Source: a virus (Duplodnaviria > Caudoviricetes). Taken from it: a stretch of DNA of 37,721 nt. The notes below the pieces were generated by a model, which was not told the origin of the DNA, ran no database searches, and was given only the letters and a program-made list of their open reading frames with translations. Positions 1 to 7,045 of this stretch are shown here, piece by piece. How positions within the stretch are numbered: the stretch's first letter is position 1; each line of letters opens with the position of its first letter. Both the position numbers and the translations under genes were made by a program. The stretch spans positions 1 to 37,721 of IMG/VR virus record IMGVR_UViG_3300005323_000071. One strand, written 5' to 3'.

Positions 1-59
1 AGGTACAAGGCTCGGAAGAATGGAGAGATCCCGCAGGTGCAATACCTGCCGATCAATCA
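1..59 (+). repeat. Left copy of 59-bp terminal direct repeat
   Basis: Matches 37663-37721 at 56/59 positions (differences at repeat positions 20, 40, 41). Confidence 0.95.
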
Positions 60-81
60 GGCTCTGGAGGTACTGCGATGA
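1..81 (+). CDS. 3' part of a 48-aa hypothetical protein spanning the circular junction
   Basis: Frame RYKARKNGEIPQVQYLPINQALEVLR* continues the ORF starting GTG 37597; its stop overlaps ATG 78 (ATGA). Confidence 0.7.
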   Translation, partial: RYKARKNGEIPQVQYLPINQALEVLR

Positions 82-500
82 TCGCAACGAAACAGATCAA
101 TCTCTTCGGGGCCGTCATCGAGGGGCACCCCGCACCTGTAGCTGATGGGAATGCTCAACAATTCCCCTCAGCAAAGAAACCGGTCAGAATCCGCTTCATG
201 AGAAGCAACTATGGCAACGAGCATCTGTATTTCTGGTGTCAGGGGTATCGCCCGTATGGAGGAAATCCCGAATATCCTGAGGATCGTAAGTATCGGTGCG
301 ATTCCGAAATGTGCGATGGATGTTTCAAGATCGTTGATGGGGTACCGTTTCAGGCACAATTCAGTTGCAGTCGTGATGATCACGGGTCTGAAAATCACGT
401 TTATCAATCGCTTTTCAACCAAAACCCCCTCGATCATGTGGATAAGTACGAGCGCAAACAGATCGCAGCCGGGCTAAAACTGCTTTGGAGAATCAGATGA
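78..500 (+). CDS. Hypothetical protein (140 aa)
   Basis: GGAGG RBS upstream; ATGA coupling at both ends. Confidence 0.75.
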   Translation: MIATKQINLFGAVIEGHPAPVADGNAQQFPSAKKPVRIRFMRSNYGNEHLYFWCQGYRPYGGNPEYPEDRKYRCDSEMCDGCFKIVDGVPFQAQFSCSRDDHGSENHVYQSLFNQNPLDHVDKYERKQIAAGLKLLWRIR

Positions 501-796
501 CCGGCACCTGTGCATCATGCGGCTTCCCGCTATCGGATGCCCCGCCAGCGCACCAGACAAGCAACCATCCCGATCATCTCGGCCGGTACTATCAGGTCTG
601 CGATCGCTGCTGGCACAACCCGGCGCTGTTCTTCCTGCCCCGGGAGATCGAGATCCACGGATCGGATCTTGCCGTTGCGGAATCGATGTGGAGGAAGTAT
701 CACAGAATACCCGAAGGGCAGGTTACGCTGTTCTCGGTGGTGCCGGAAGTGGTCCGGGCGAGGATTGTGGAAGAAGGAGGGAAATCATGTTCATGA
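497..796 (+). CDS. Zn-finger protein (CASC...CDRC)
   Basis: Start moved to ATG 497, which overlaps the previous stop; two CxxC pairs. Confidence 0.7.
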   Translation: MTGTCASCGFPLSDAPPAHQTSNHPDHLGRYYQVCDRCWHNPALFFLPREIEIHGSDLAVAESMWRKYHRIPEGQVTLFSVVPEVVRARIVEEGGKSCS

Positions 797-1065
797 AGGC
801 AAGATATCGACGCATGGGAACCAAACCAGACGGATGCCCCGTTATCGACATTCAGGGGGTGGTGCAGGGTACGACTATCGGGATATGTCCCGGATCCGCC
901 TACGCTCTCCGGGATGCCCTGAGTGCAGCACTGGAGGACTATGAGAACGACTGCGAAGGCACCGGTAAGAAAACATGGAAACACCGGGAATCCCCGAATC
1001 ACAGTTCGGGATCGACAACCGAATGCCCACGGTGCGGCGGGCGCGGTCATGTGGGGCCGATGTGA
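793..1065 (+). CDS. Hypothetical protein with C-terminal CPRCGG motif
   Basis: ATG 793 after GGAGG, coupled to neighbours. Confidence 0.65.
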   Translation: MKARYRRMGTKPDGCPVIDIQGVVQGTTIGICPGSAYALRDALSAALEDYENDCEGTGKKTWKHRESPNHSSGSTTECPRCGGRGHVGPM

Positions 1066-1349
1066 TGACTCCACACATCCCCAACCCCAACCGATTAGAG
1101 GAGCATGTCGCCAACCTCCTGATCTCGTGCAATCTCGCCGATCAGAAACACGCCAATCGTGGGCACTATCTCACGCACGTGTACGGGTATGAGCCGATCT
1201 TCAAGTGCGGGATCTGCCATGAGATGAAAAAACGCGGAGTGCTTGCCAGGACTCGGGAAAAGGACAACACAAAGAAAGTATCGCACTGGTCGTACTTCAT
1301 CTGCCATGAGTGCATGGAAAAGGCAAAGCAAGGGAGAGATTCACCGTGA
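1065..1349 (+). CDS. Zn-finger protein (CGIC...CHEC)
   Basis: TGATG overlap with the previous gene; two CxxC pairs. Confidence 0.7.
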   Translation: MTPHIPNPNRLEEHVANLLISCNLADQKHANRGHYLTHVYGYEPIFKCGICHEMKKRGVLARTREKDNTKKVSHWSYFICHECMEKAKQGRDSP

Positions 1350-1684
1350 GGATCAACCCGACGCACGAAAACACCTGTACCAATAGGATCGGCATGTATC
1401 GCGCCAACCAGTGCACGGACGGACCGCACGTATGCCCGTTTCTCTCTGAATGCGAAACTCATTATGATGAGGAGACCGGCGACTGGGACTATCAAAATCC
1501 GTTAGATCACACGGTTGTACCAACGATAAAAAAGAGCAAGTACGCAAAAAGCAGGAAAGGAGCCGGATCTCCCGGTCGTACTGAAAATAGACAACGGAGA
1601 TATCGTGTAGAAAAGGGATTGGAGAAACCCTTTGAGATCACGACATCGATCGATGAGGCATTGAAGGCGGCTGGATTACGATGA
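1346..1684 (+). CDS. Cys-rich, basic hypothetical protein
   Basis: GTGA overlap at start, ATGA overlap at end. Confidence 0.65.
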   Translation: MRINPTHENTCTNRIGMYRANQCTDGPHVCPFLSECETHYDEETGDWDYQNPLDHTVVPTIKKSKYAKSRKGAGSPGRTENRQRRYRVEKGLEKPFEITTSIDEALKAAGLR

Positions 1685-2328
1685 CCGGCAAATGTGCCTG
1701 CCCTCAATTATTGCGGGTAAAAACCAGAAGGCAGATTATCGCAGGGTACCGGAGAAAGCCAGCATGGAAGGCAATGCTGCGGGATCATGCGCATATCCCT
1801 GAAGCGGAATGCACCATCTGCCATCGGAAGCACGGGCAGGAGTACGAGAAAGATAACGGGTCAATTACGATTATCCGGCTCACCATCAATCATACGGATC
1901 GCCGGTGTTACATCAGCGAAGAGGCCCATAACACATGGGATCCGTCCAGGATGCGGGTTGAATGCACAACCTGTAACTGGATGTACGAAAAGGGTATGAT
2001 CCCCTGCCCAAAGTGTCTAAAGAAGGGCCGTGTCCATTACATCAGATGGGACGAGAGCGAGTGCTGGTCCTGTTGGGTAGAGGAGCACCCGGAAGAGTTC
2101 AGGAAAATAAAAGAGCGGAAAGAAAACGCAGAATCGACCCGCCAAACCCTCAATAAAGAACGGGCTGCAAAGCGCCGCAAAGAAAAGGTATCTCACCCGT
2201 GCACCCATCACCGGATCGGCGGATGGTGCGGTCTCTCGGCACTCCATTCACGATGTCAGTATGCAAAAACGAAGGCGTCCAGGGATTGCCCGGATTTCGT
2301 AGCTAAAAAGAGGATGGTGAAGAAATGA
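1681..2328 (+). CDS. Multi-Zn-finger, HNH-like (beta-beta-alpha-Me) protein; paralog of 37064..37600
   Basis: CTICH...TINH...CTTCN pattern plus extra CxxC motifs; collinear motifs with the 37064 ORF. Confidence 0.7.
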   Translation: MTGKCACPQLLRVKTRRQIIAGYRRKPAWKAMLRDHAHIPEAECTICHRKHGQEYEKDNGSITIIRLTINHTDRRCYISEEAHNTWDPSRMRVECTTCNWMYEKGMIPCPKCLKKGRVHYIRWDESECWSCWVEEHPEEFRKIKERKENAESTRQTLNKERAAKRRKEKVSHPCTHHRIGGWCGLSALHSRCQYAKTKASRDCPDFVAKKRMVKK

Positions 2329-2534
2329 AAATTTGGAGAGAGCAGATACTTATGGATATTGAAGGGGGCAGATCACTCGTGCTCAACACCATGTACGGGC
2401 ATTCGGGGTGGGTGAAACAATCCGCGATTCTTCATTATTTGTGGGATTCATTCGGTTACATGATGTCGCCAACGTATCCAAACATGGGTGCGATTCACAT
2501 GCACGGAGAATGGATTGATGAGGATTCGCCATGA
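2325..2534 (+). CDS. Hypothetical protein
   Basis: ATGA coupled at both ends. Confidence 0.6.
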   Translation: MKIWREQILMDIEGGRSLVLNTMYGHSGWVKQSAILHYLWDSFGYMMSPTYPNMGAIHMHGEWIDEDSP

Positions 2535-2644
2535 CCCCCATTGCATACGCAGGTACCGTGCTCGCTCTGCTGGTGATCATGTACACTGTGATCTGGTGGC
2601 GGGCCGGGCTGCTTGGGGAGATGTGGGAGGAGATCCGATCGTGA
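2531..2644 (+). CDS. Small single-pass membrane protein (37 aa)
   Basis: Read manually: MTPIAYAGTVLALLVIMYTVIWWRAGLLGEMWEEIRS; coupled overlaps at both ends. Confidence 0.55.
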   Translation: MTPIAYAGTVLALLVIMYTVIWWRAGLLGEMWEEIRS

Positions 2645-2760
2645 ATCCAGAAGAGCGCAAACTCTATGATCGGCTTGCAAAATTGCAAGGGACTCTGTTC
2701 AAAATAATCGGAAATATCGAGAGCGTGAAGATCGCTCTTGCAAGTGGGGCGAAGATATGA
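2641..2760 (+). CDS. Small helical hypothetical protein (39 aa)
   Basis: GTG 2641 after GGAGG; its stop overlaps the MTase start. Confidence 0.5.
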   Translation: MNPEERKLYDRLAKLQGTLFKIIGNIESVKIALASGAKI

Positions 2761-3356
2761 TCCCATTTCCTGAAAAGAAGTATCAGATAATCTATGCCGA
2801 TCCGTGCTGGCAATACGATGATAAATCTTTATCTCATGGGGGTGGGGCGGAATCACATTACTCGTGCTTATCAATAGAAGAAATGTGCGAAATTCCGGTG
2901 CAATCCATCGCAGAAAATAATTCAATCCTTCTGATTTGGGTTACGTTTCCAATGCTGGAAGAATCATTCAAACTAATCAAGGCATGGGGATTTGTTTTTA
3001 AGACTGTTGCGTTCACATGGGTTAAAACGAACGGGGATGGTACCATCTATATGGGTATGGGGAGATACACCCGTGCCAACGCGGAAATTTGTTTGCTTTG
3101 TAAACGCGGAACCGGTTTAAAACGGTTAGATGCCAGTATAAAACAGGTCGTCCTCTCTAAACGATTGAAGCATTCACAAAAACCAAAAATATTTAGAAAA
3201 TGCATATCCGATCTTTTTGGGTCGGAACGATCAAAGATCGAACTATTCTCAAGAGATAAAATAGAGGGGTGGGATTGTTGGGGCAATCAGATCCCAGACA
3301 GCGAGCAACGCCTTTTGAGAACGGATCCGGAACAGCAGGAACAAACAGTAAGGTAA
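2757..3356 (+). CDS. MT-A70 family N6-adenine methyltransferase
   Basis: YQIIYADPCW catalytic-type motif, LLIWVT.P, AWGF.FKTVAFTWVK, GMGRYTRANAEICL, HSQKP, KIELFSR...GWDCWGNQ: all typical MT-A70 blocks. Confidence 0.92.
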   Translation: MIPFPEKKYQIIYADPCWQYDDKSLSHGGGAESHYSCLSIEEMCEIPVQSIAENNSILLIWVTFPMLEESFKLIKAWGFVFKTVAFTWVKTNGDGTIYMGMGRYTRANAEICLLCKRGTGLKRLDASIKQVVLSKRLKHSQKPKIFRKCISDLFGSERSKIELFSRDKIEGWDCWGNQIPDSEQRLLRTDPEQQEQTVR

Positions 3357-3370
3357 GGTGAAAGGGAACG

Positions 3371-3535
3371 ATGAAATGCAAATGTGAAAACACTGATGTT
3401 GTCGCGTGCGTTCGTATCAAAATCAAAGGAGAACTCATGAACCGAAGGGGATTTGACGGATCGTCAGACAAACTGGTGGATATTGAGCCAGGAGATATCG
3501 TTCAGATCATCAGGAAACCCGGGAAGGAACAATGA
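3371..3535 (+). CDS. Small hypothetical protein (54 aa)
   Basis: Read manually: MKCKCENTDVVACVRIKIKGELMNRRGF...; stop overlaps ATG 3532. Confidence 0.55.
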   Translation: MKCKCENTDVVACVRIKIKGELMNRRGFDGSSDKLVDIEPGDIVQIIRKPGKEQ

Positions 3536-3780
3536 CAAAACCGCAAGTATACCGATTAATTTCCGATGAGGAAATCGAGCAAATCCAAAACGGGGATCTC
3601 GCAACGCTAAAGGCGGTTCAGCACCGGCCTGACGTGATGGATCTTTTTGAAGGGCGCCTTGAGGGATTGAAGGATCTCCTTGAAACTCCCGAAGATGGAA
3701 AAACGATGAGCAATGCCGAACTGCAATATGCCATTGATGAGATCCGGATTATCAGGGATTGCCTGGACGTGAATCTATGA
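3532..3780 (+). CDS. Acidic helical hypothetical protein
   Basis: ORF track; coupled at both ends. Confidence 0.7.
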   Translation: MTKPQVYRLISDEEIEQIQNGDLATLKAVQHRPDVMDLFEGRLEGLKDLLETPEDGKTMSNAELQYAIDEIRIIRDCLDVNL

Positions 3781-3965
3781 AACAAAAATGCAACGATGCC
3801 CCTACTAGCCCGTGTCATTGCGGGAACTGCGGAAATACCGAATGTGACTGGTACGAACAGCGGGAAGATATCAGCCGCGTAAATGATCGTGGCGTCGATC
3901 ATTTCTCAATGCGGCTTGCGACGGAAATGACCGGCTGCAGGTGCTTCAGGAAGGTGCACGAGTGA
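3777..3965 (+). CDS. Small Cys-rich protein
   Basis: CHCGNCGNTEC...CRC; coupled. Confidence 0.6.
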   Translation: MKQKCNDAPTSPCHCGNCGNTECDWYEQREDISRVNDRGVDHFSMRLATEMTGCRCFRKVHE

Positions 3966-4207
3966 CCGGCGAATCTCCCATTCCCGTGCCCGATTCGGCA
4001 ACAACGACGACAATAACTTACGATGAGTCCTATGAACTTATGCCGGTGCTGAAATCCGGCTATGTGATCATGGGATTTACCATGATCGGGTTATCATTTG
4101 GCGCTTTGTACGGTGCTGCGTGGGCGTTCACAATAATGGGCCTCGGATACTTATTCCTGTTCGCGGTCAGTAATCAGACGAATATAACTCGTGGGAATAA
4201 CCCATGA
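3962..4207 (+). CDS. Small membrane protein (about two hydrophobic segments)
   Basis: GTG 3962; long hydrophobic stretch YVIMGFTMIGLSFGALYGAAWAFTIMGLGYLFLFAV. Confidence 0.65.
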   Translation: MTGESPIPVPDSATTTTITYDESYELMPVLKSGYVIMGFTMIGLSFGALYGAAWAFTIMGLGYLFLFAVSNQTNITRGNNP

Positions 4208-4347
4208 CCGGCGAATCCCGCAAATGTGCGTGTGGTCGTACCTACACGCTCCCGCTGCCGTACGATGCAGCCAACCCGGAGATCCGGGATCTCTGCCCGG
4301 ATTGCCTGTCACGCGAACAATGGAAGAGGATAAGCATGAAGGAGTGA
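4204..4347 (+). CDS. Small Zn-finger protein (47 aa), similar to the Zn domain of 36151..36474
   Basis: Read manually: MTGESRKCACGRTYTLPLPYDAANPEIRDLCPDCLSRE...; compare CKNCGASFELLGDYDPENRAHDLCDDCL. Confidence 0.6.
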   Translation: MTGESRKCACGRTYTLPLPYDAANPEIRDLCPDCLSREQWKRISMKE

Positions 4348-4351
4348 GAAT

Positions 4352-4543
4352 ATGCCAACGAAAGATGAAGTGATAAAAGAGCATGGCAAAGAGATGTGGG
4401 ATCTGATGTGCAAAACCGGATGGCTTGATGGGATCACCTGCACGATGAACCCTGATGGCACTGTGAACATCCCCCAATCGGATATTGACCGGGCATTACG
4501 GGCAGCGAAAGGCGGGTATGTGGGTGATGAGGAGATGGATTGA
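4352..4543 (+). CDS. Hypothetical protein
   Basis: AAGGAG RBS; ORF track. Confidence 0.7.
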   Translation: MPTKDEVIKEHGKEMWDLMCKTGWLDGITCTMNPDGTVNIPQSDIDRALRAAKGGYVGDEEMD

Positions 4544-4744
4544 ATGGGGTGCTCAAAACCCAATTATATGGGCTGTCCGAGAGCAAGTATCACGGACCCC
4601 TATCAAATGTGCTTCGGATGCCGGTATCACACTTTTGAATGTGATGGAACCACGATGTATTATTGCACGCCAGTGGCTAAATGTATCAATGAGTTTACCA
4701 CCGATGAACTATTAGTGGAGATCAAAAGGAGGATGGGAACGTGA
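4544..4744 (+). CDS. Small Cys-rich protein
   Basis: Seven Cys in 66 aa; abuts neighbours. Confidence 0.65.
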   Translation: MGCSKPNYMGCPRASITDPYQMCFGCRYHTFECDGTTMYYCTPVAKCINEFTTDELLVEIKRRMGT

Positions 4745-5109
4745 AAAAGCAAATAACACTTACCCGCGGTGTAAAAATTATCAGATCGTGCGAAGGCTGC
4801 CCGATCTATCGATCCAGCGATAACGACGGATGGGAATCTCACGATTGCAATCTTGACGGATGGGGCACTCACACAGATGATTATCCGCCAGCAAAGATTC
4901 CCGACACGTGCCCGCTGGAAACTCTCAATCCGGAATACGACATTGATCCTGGTATTGATGCTGCATGGCGCTCCGTCTCCCACTCACTTACGTTTATCCT
5001 GATGATGATCGAAGCGGAAGAATATGAACCTATGAGGGAATGCGTATCGATGATTGCAGAGACAAGGTTACGGAAGGCGCTCTGGTGCCTGCTGTGGGAG
5101 GATAATTGA
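4741..5109 (+). CDS. Hypothetical protein with CEGCP...C...PDTCPL Cys motif
   Basis: Common small phage Cys motif; GGAGG RBS. Confidence 0.7.
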   Translation: MKKQITLTRGVKIIRSCEGCPIYRSSDNDGWESHDCNLDGWGTHTDDYPPAKIPDTCPLETLNPEYDIDPGIDAAWRSVSHSLTFILMMIEAEEYEPMRECVSMIAETRLRKALWCLLWEDN

Positions 5110-5354
5110 GTTTCCATCAACCCCGCGTATGGTTGATTTGCACCGTGTGCGGTAAGCGATTCTCCGAGATCGGGGCACAAGCGCGGAAACGGTTCTCCCG
5201 GAAGAACCAGGATCAGTGTTGCAGTACACCGTGCCGCACGTTGTATGTAAGGGGGCAATACACCGCGGAGAGCCGGGCGCTGGCACTTGAGCACAACACG
5301 GCGGCAAAGGCACGGATGGAAAAAGACCGCGAGACGAAAGAGAAACATATATAA
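5106..5354 (+). CDS. Treble-clef-like Zn-finger protein; paralog of 36673..36834
   Basis: CTVCGKRFS...QCCSTPC matches CPVCGKRFS...QCCSCSC. Confidence 0.65.
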   Translation: MSFHQPRVWLICTVCGKRFSEIGAQARKRFSRKNQDQCCSTPCRTLYVRGQYTAESRALALEHNTAAKARMEKDRETKEKHI

Positions 5355-5422
5355 ATGTTCTCTCTTAATTATCATTGTCAAGGTGTCCCGGCACCATCAC
5401 CGGGTAAGGAAGTTGTACAACT

Positions 5423-5797
5423 ATGATCGACATCCCAACAACTGTAATCGAAAGCCTTTGGGCGCTCGTTATCGCAGTCATCGCAGCGGCGATCGCATAT
5501 CTTGAAAAAGTGAAGAAGGATAACGCCATTGCCGCGTACGATGTGGCCAGCACTCAGTCCAGCGACCCGGTGATCGTAGCATCGCTCCCGGAGCGCACAT
5601 GGAAGATGAGCGACAGCACCAAGCGCTGGCTTACTTTCGATGCAACAGAGGCGAACAAGGCGACCATCCTTACTCAGATTGAGGTAGCCGAGAATGCGCA
5701 CAAGGTTGAATACCAGATCGTATTTGACGGCGGGTACTACGACATCGAATACGGGCTCCTGAAGGGCTCAGCCGGCAACCCGCACGATATCGGATAG
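5423..5797 (+). CDS. N-terminally anchored membrane protein (lysis/holin candidate)
   Basis: One hydrophobic helix LWALVIAVIAAAIAYL followed by EKVKK; AAGGA RBS. Function is a guess. Confidence 0.7.
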   Translation: MIDIPTTVIESLWALVIAVIAAAIAYLEKVKKDNAIAAYDVASTQSSDPVIVASLPERTWKMSDSTKRWLTFDATEANKATILTQIEVAENAHKVEYQIVFDGGYYDIEYGLLKGSAGNPHDIG

Positions 5798-5810
5798 ACA
5801 GATGAACAAC

Positions 5811-6140
5811 CGGGCCCGCGTCCATTCCGGAAGCATGACGCTCTCCCTCATCAGGAGCCGGGCCCATACCTCACATTACGGCGGATCCATCACTGTCGGG
5901 TGTGAGGACTGCATGAATCCCTAGGAAACAAATCAACTCCCGCCGGTATGCTACCGTGGAACCTCACAGCACGTTCCACCCGGCCTTCCCCTGTCATGGA
6001 TCAATGTATCGCTATAAGACCAAATACACCTGGATTCCACGCATGGCATTTGTCACCTTTGCCCTCTCTCATCTCACAGGATTGTGGCGTAAAAATGATC
6101 CGTTGTCGCGGATCGCTAAATTCAATATCTCCTGACAGGG
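5811..6140 (+). ncRNA. Candidate structured non-coding RNA
   Basis: No convincing ORF. Consecutive helices: 5812-18/5859-65, 5869-77/5899-5907, 5879-84/5893-98, 5942-46/5980-84, 5956-62/5973-79, 5989-96/6133-40, 6097-6102/6109-14. G-U pairs favour the + strand. Confidence 0.55.
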
Positions 6141-6151
6141 ACAGTATATTT

Positions 6152-6221
6152 GCAGCCTTCGTATAACGGTAGTACTTGCACAGCAATGTGATAGGATCCG
6201 GTTCAATTCCGGATGGCTGTT
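6152..6221 (+). tRNA. tRNA-like element / pseudo-tRNA with non-canonical anticodon arm
   Basis: Acceptor GCAGCCT/TGGCTGT, D arm GTAT-AACGGTA-GTAC, perfect T arm TCCGG-TTCAATT-CCGGA; the anticodon arm is CACA-GCAA-TGTG (tetraloop) and is 1-2 nt short. Confidence 0.75.
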
Positions 6222-6224
6222 TTC

Positions 6225-6404
6225 ATGAAAGCAATTTTCCCAAAAATAAAAGATGGCTTGGTAACGAGTATAAAATTAGCACCGTCAGGAGCGATCAAGT
6301 ATATCCACATCGAATGTTACGCGGATGAAGTAGATCTCAATGGATTGAACCTTGATAATGCAGCCGAGATCTCTTTGGCGCGGATCATAAAGTGGGAATC
6401 ATGA
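6225..6404 (+). CDS. Small hypothetical protein (59 aa)
   Basis: ATG 6225 lies 3 nt after the tRNA-like element; ATG 6213 falls inside that element, so it was not used. Confidence 0.6.
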   Translation: MKAIFPKIKDGLVTSIKLAPSGAIKYIHIECYADEVDLNGLNLDNAAEISLARIIKWES

Positions 6405-6496
6405 CCGCAAACTGCCAATCCTGCCGGTATGAAACAACCTGCCCGGGACTATTCAAGCAGAAACAACAGCAGAAGGCACCGAATCTACCGTCATAG
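6401..6496 (+). CDS. Possible 31-aa Cys microprotein
   Basis: MTANCQSCRYETTCPGLFKQKQQQKAPNLPS; ATGA coupled; its stop is the TAG of the first array unit. Confidence 0.4.
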   Translation: MTANCQSCRYETTCPGLFKQKQQQKAPNLPS

Positions 6497-7022
6497 ATGT
6501 AAAATCTATCAATAAAGAACCCCTATAATCAATCTAAAAGCAGATGATTGTAGATAATTAATCTACCTCAATGGAATATTTATAATGTCATCTACTGATA
6601 GATGATCATAGATCAACCATCTACCCCAAAATATTCTATATAACTCATATTTTAATATACGATAATAGATAAAATATCTACGCTCAAAGATTCTATATAT
6701 CAGATATTACAATAAATGGTTGTAGATAAAATATCTATAACAAAAGATTTCGTATATCTCATCTATCATATGGTAACGATAGATGCGGTACCTATCCAAA
6801 GAGATTTCCTATATTCAATATTTTTGTATACGGTCATAGATGAAATATCTACTTGGGAAGATTTAATATATCTGATATTGTAATAGATGGTCATAGATGC
6901 CCAACCTATCTCAAAAGATTCTGCATATTCGATCTATCGTATGATGATAATAGATGCAGTATCTACCGCCGGAAATTTGGTATAATTGGTCTGTAAAATG
7001 GTCGAATTAGATTTAAAATCTA
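6494..7022. repeat. Non-coding tandem array, 10 units, 57-bp period, anchored by the TAGAT-N5-ATCTA palindrome
   Basis: TAGAT starts at 6494, 6551, 6609, 6666, 6723, 6780, 6837, 6894, 6951, 7008 (spacings all 57 except one of 58), each followed 5 nt later by ATCTA or ACCTA. Confidence 0.95.
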
Positions 7023-7045
7023 CCTTAATAGACGTTAAAACGCCA

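Noticed and set aside
1-59. attL/attR of an integrated provirus
   Set aside because: The repeat lies within a viral ORF, is not tRNA-like, no host genes flank it and no integrase is recognisable.
5811-5870. Hammerhead ribozyme on the minus strand (CUGAUGAG at the complement of 5847-5854)
   Set aside because: No GAAA after a stem II and no suitable stem III/NUH arrangement could be found.
5948-6166. 72-aa ORF across the structured region
   Set aside because: No RBS, not coupled to neighbours, unremarkable composition, and it overlaps the tRNA-like element; RNA structure explains the region better.
6152-6221. Functional tRNA-Cys(GCA)
   Set aside because: Placing GCA in a 7-nt loop destroys the anticodon stem and U33 is absent; kept only as a tRNA-like element.
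6494-7022. CRISPR array interpretation of the 57-bp repeats
   Set aside because: There is no contiguous 23-47 bp conserved repeat and no 25-45 bp unique spacer; conserved pentamers alternate with 3-7 nt variable blocks; no cas genes seen.
6494-7022. Protein-coding 19-codon repeat (57 = 3 x 19)
   Set aside because: The repeat-phase frame has several TAA/TAG stops, one unit is 58 bp, and the six-frame track shows no ORF across 6500-6930.
6494-7022. TIGR-type (box C/D) guide array
   Set aside because: Box C/D motifs are not consistently present (ATGATGA appears once), the unit is longer than expected, and I see no Nop-domain protein in the genome. Not fully excluded without profile searches.
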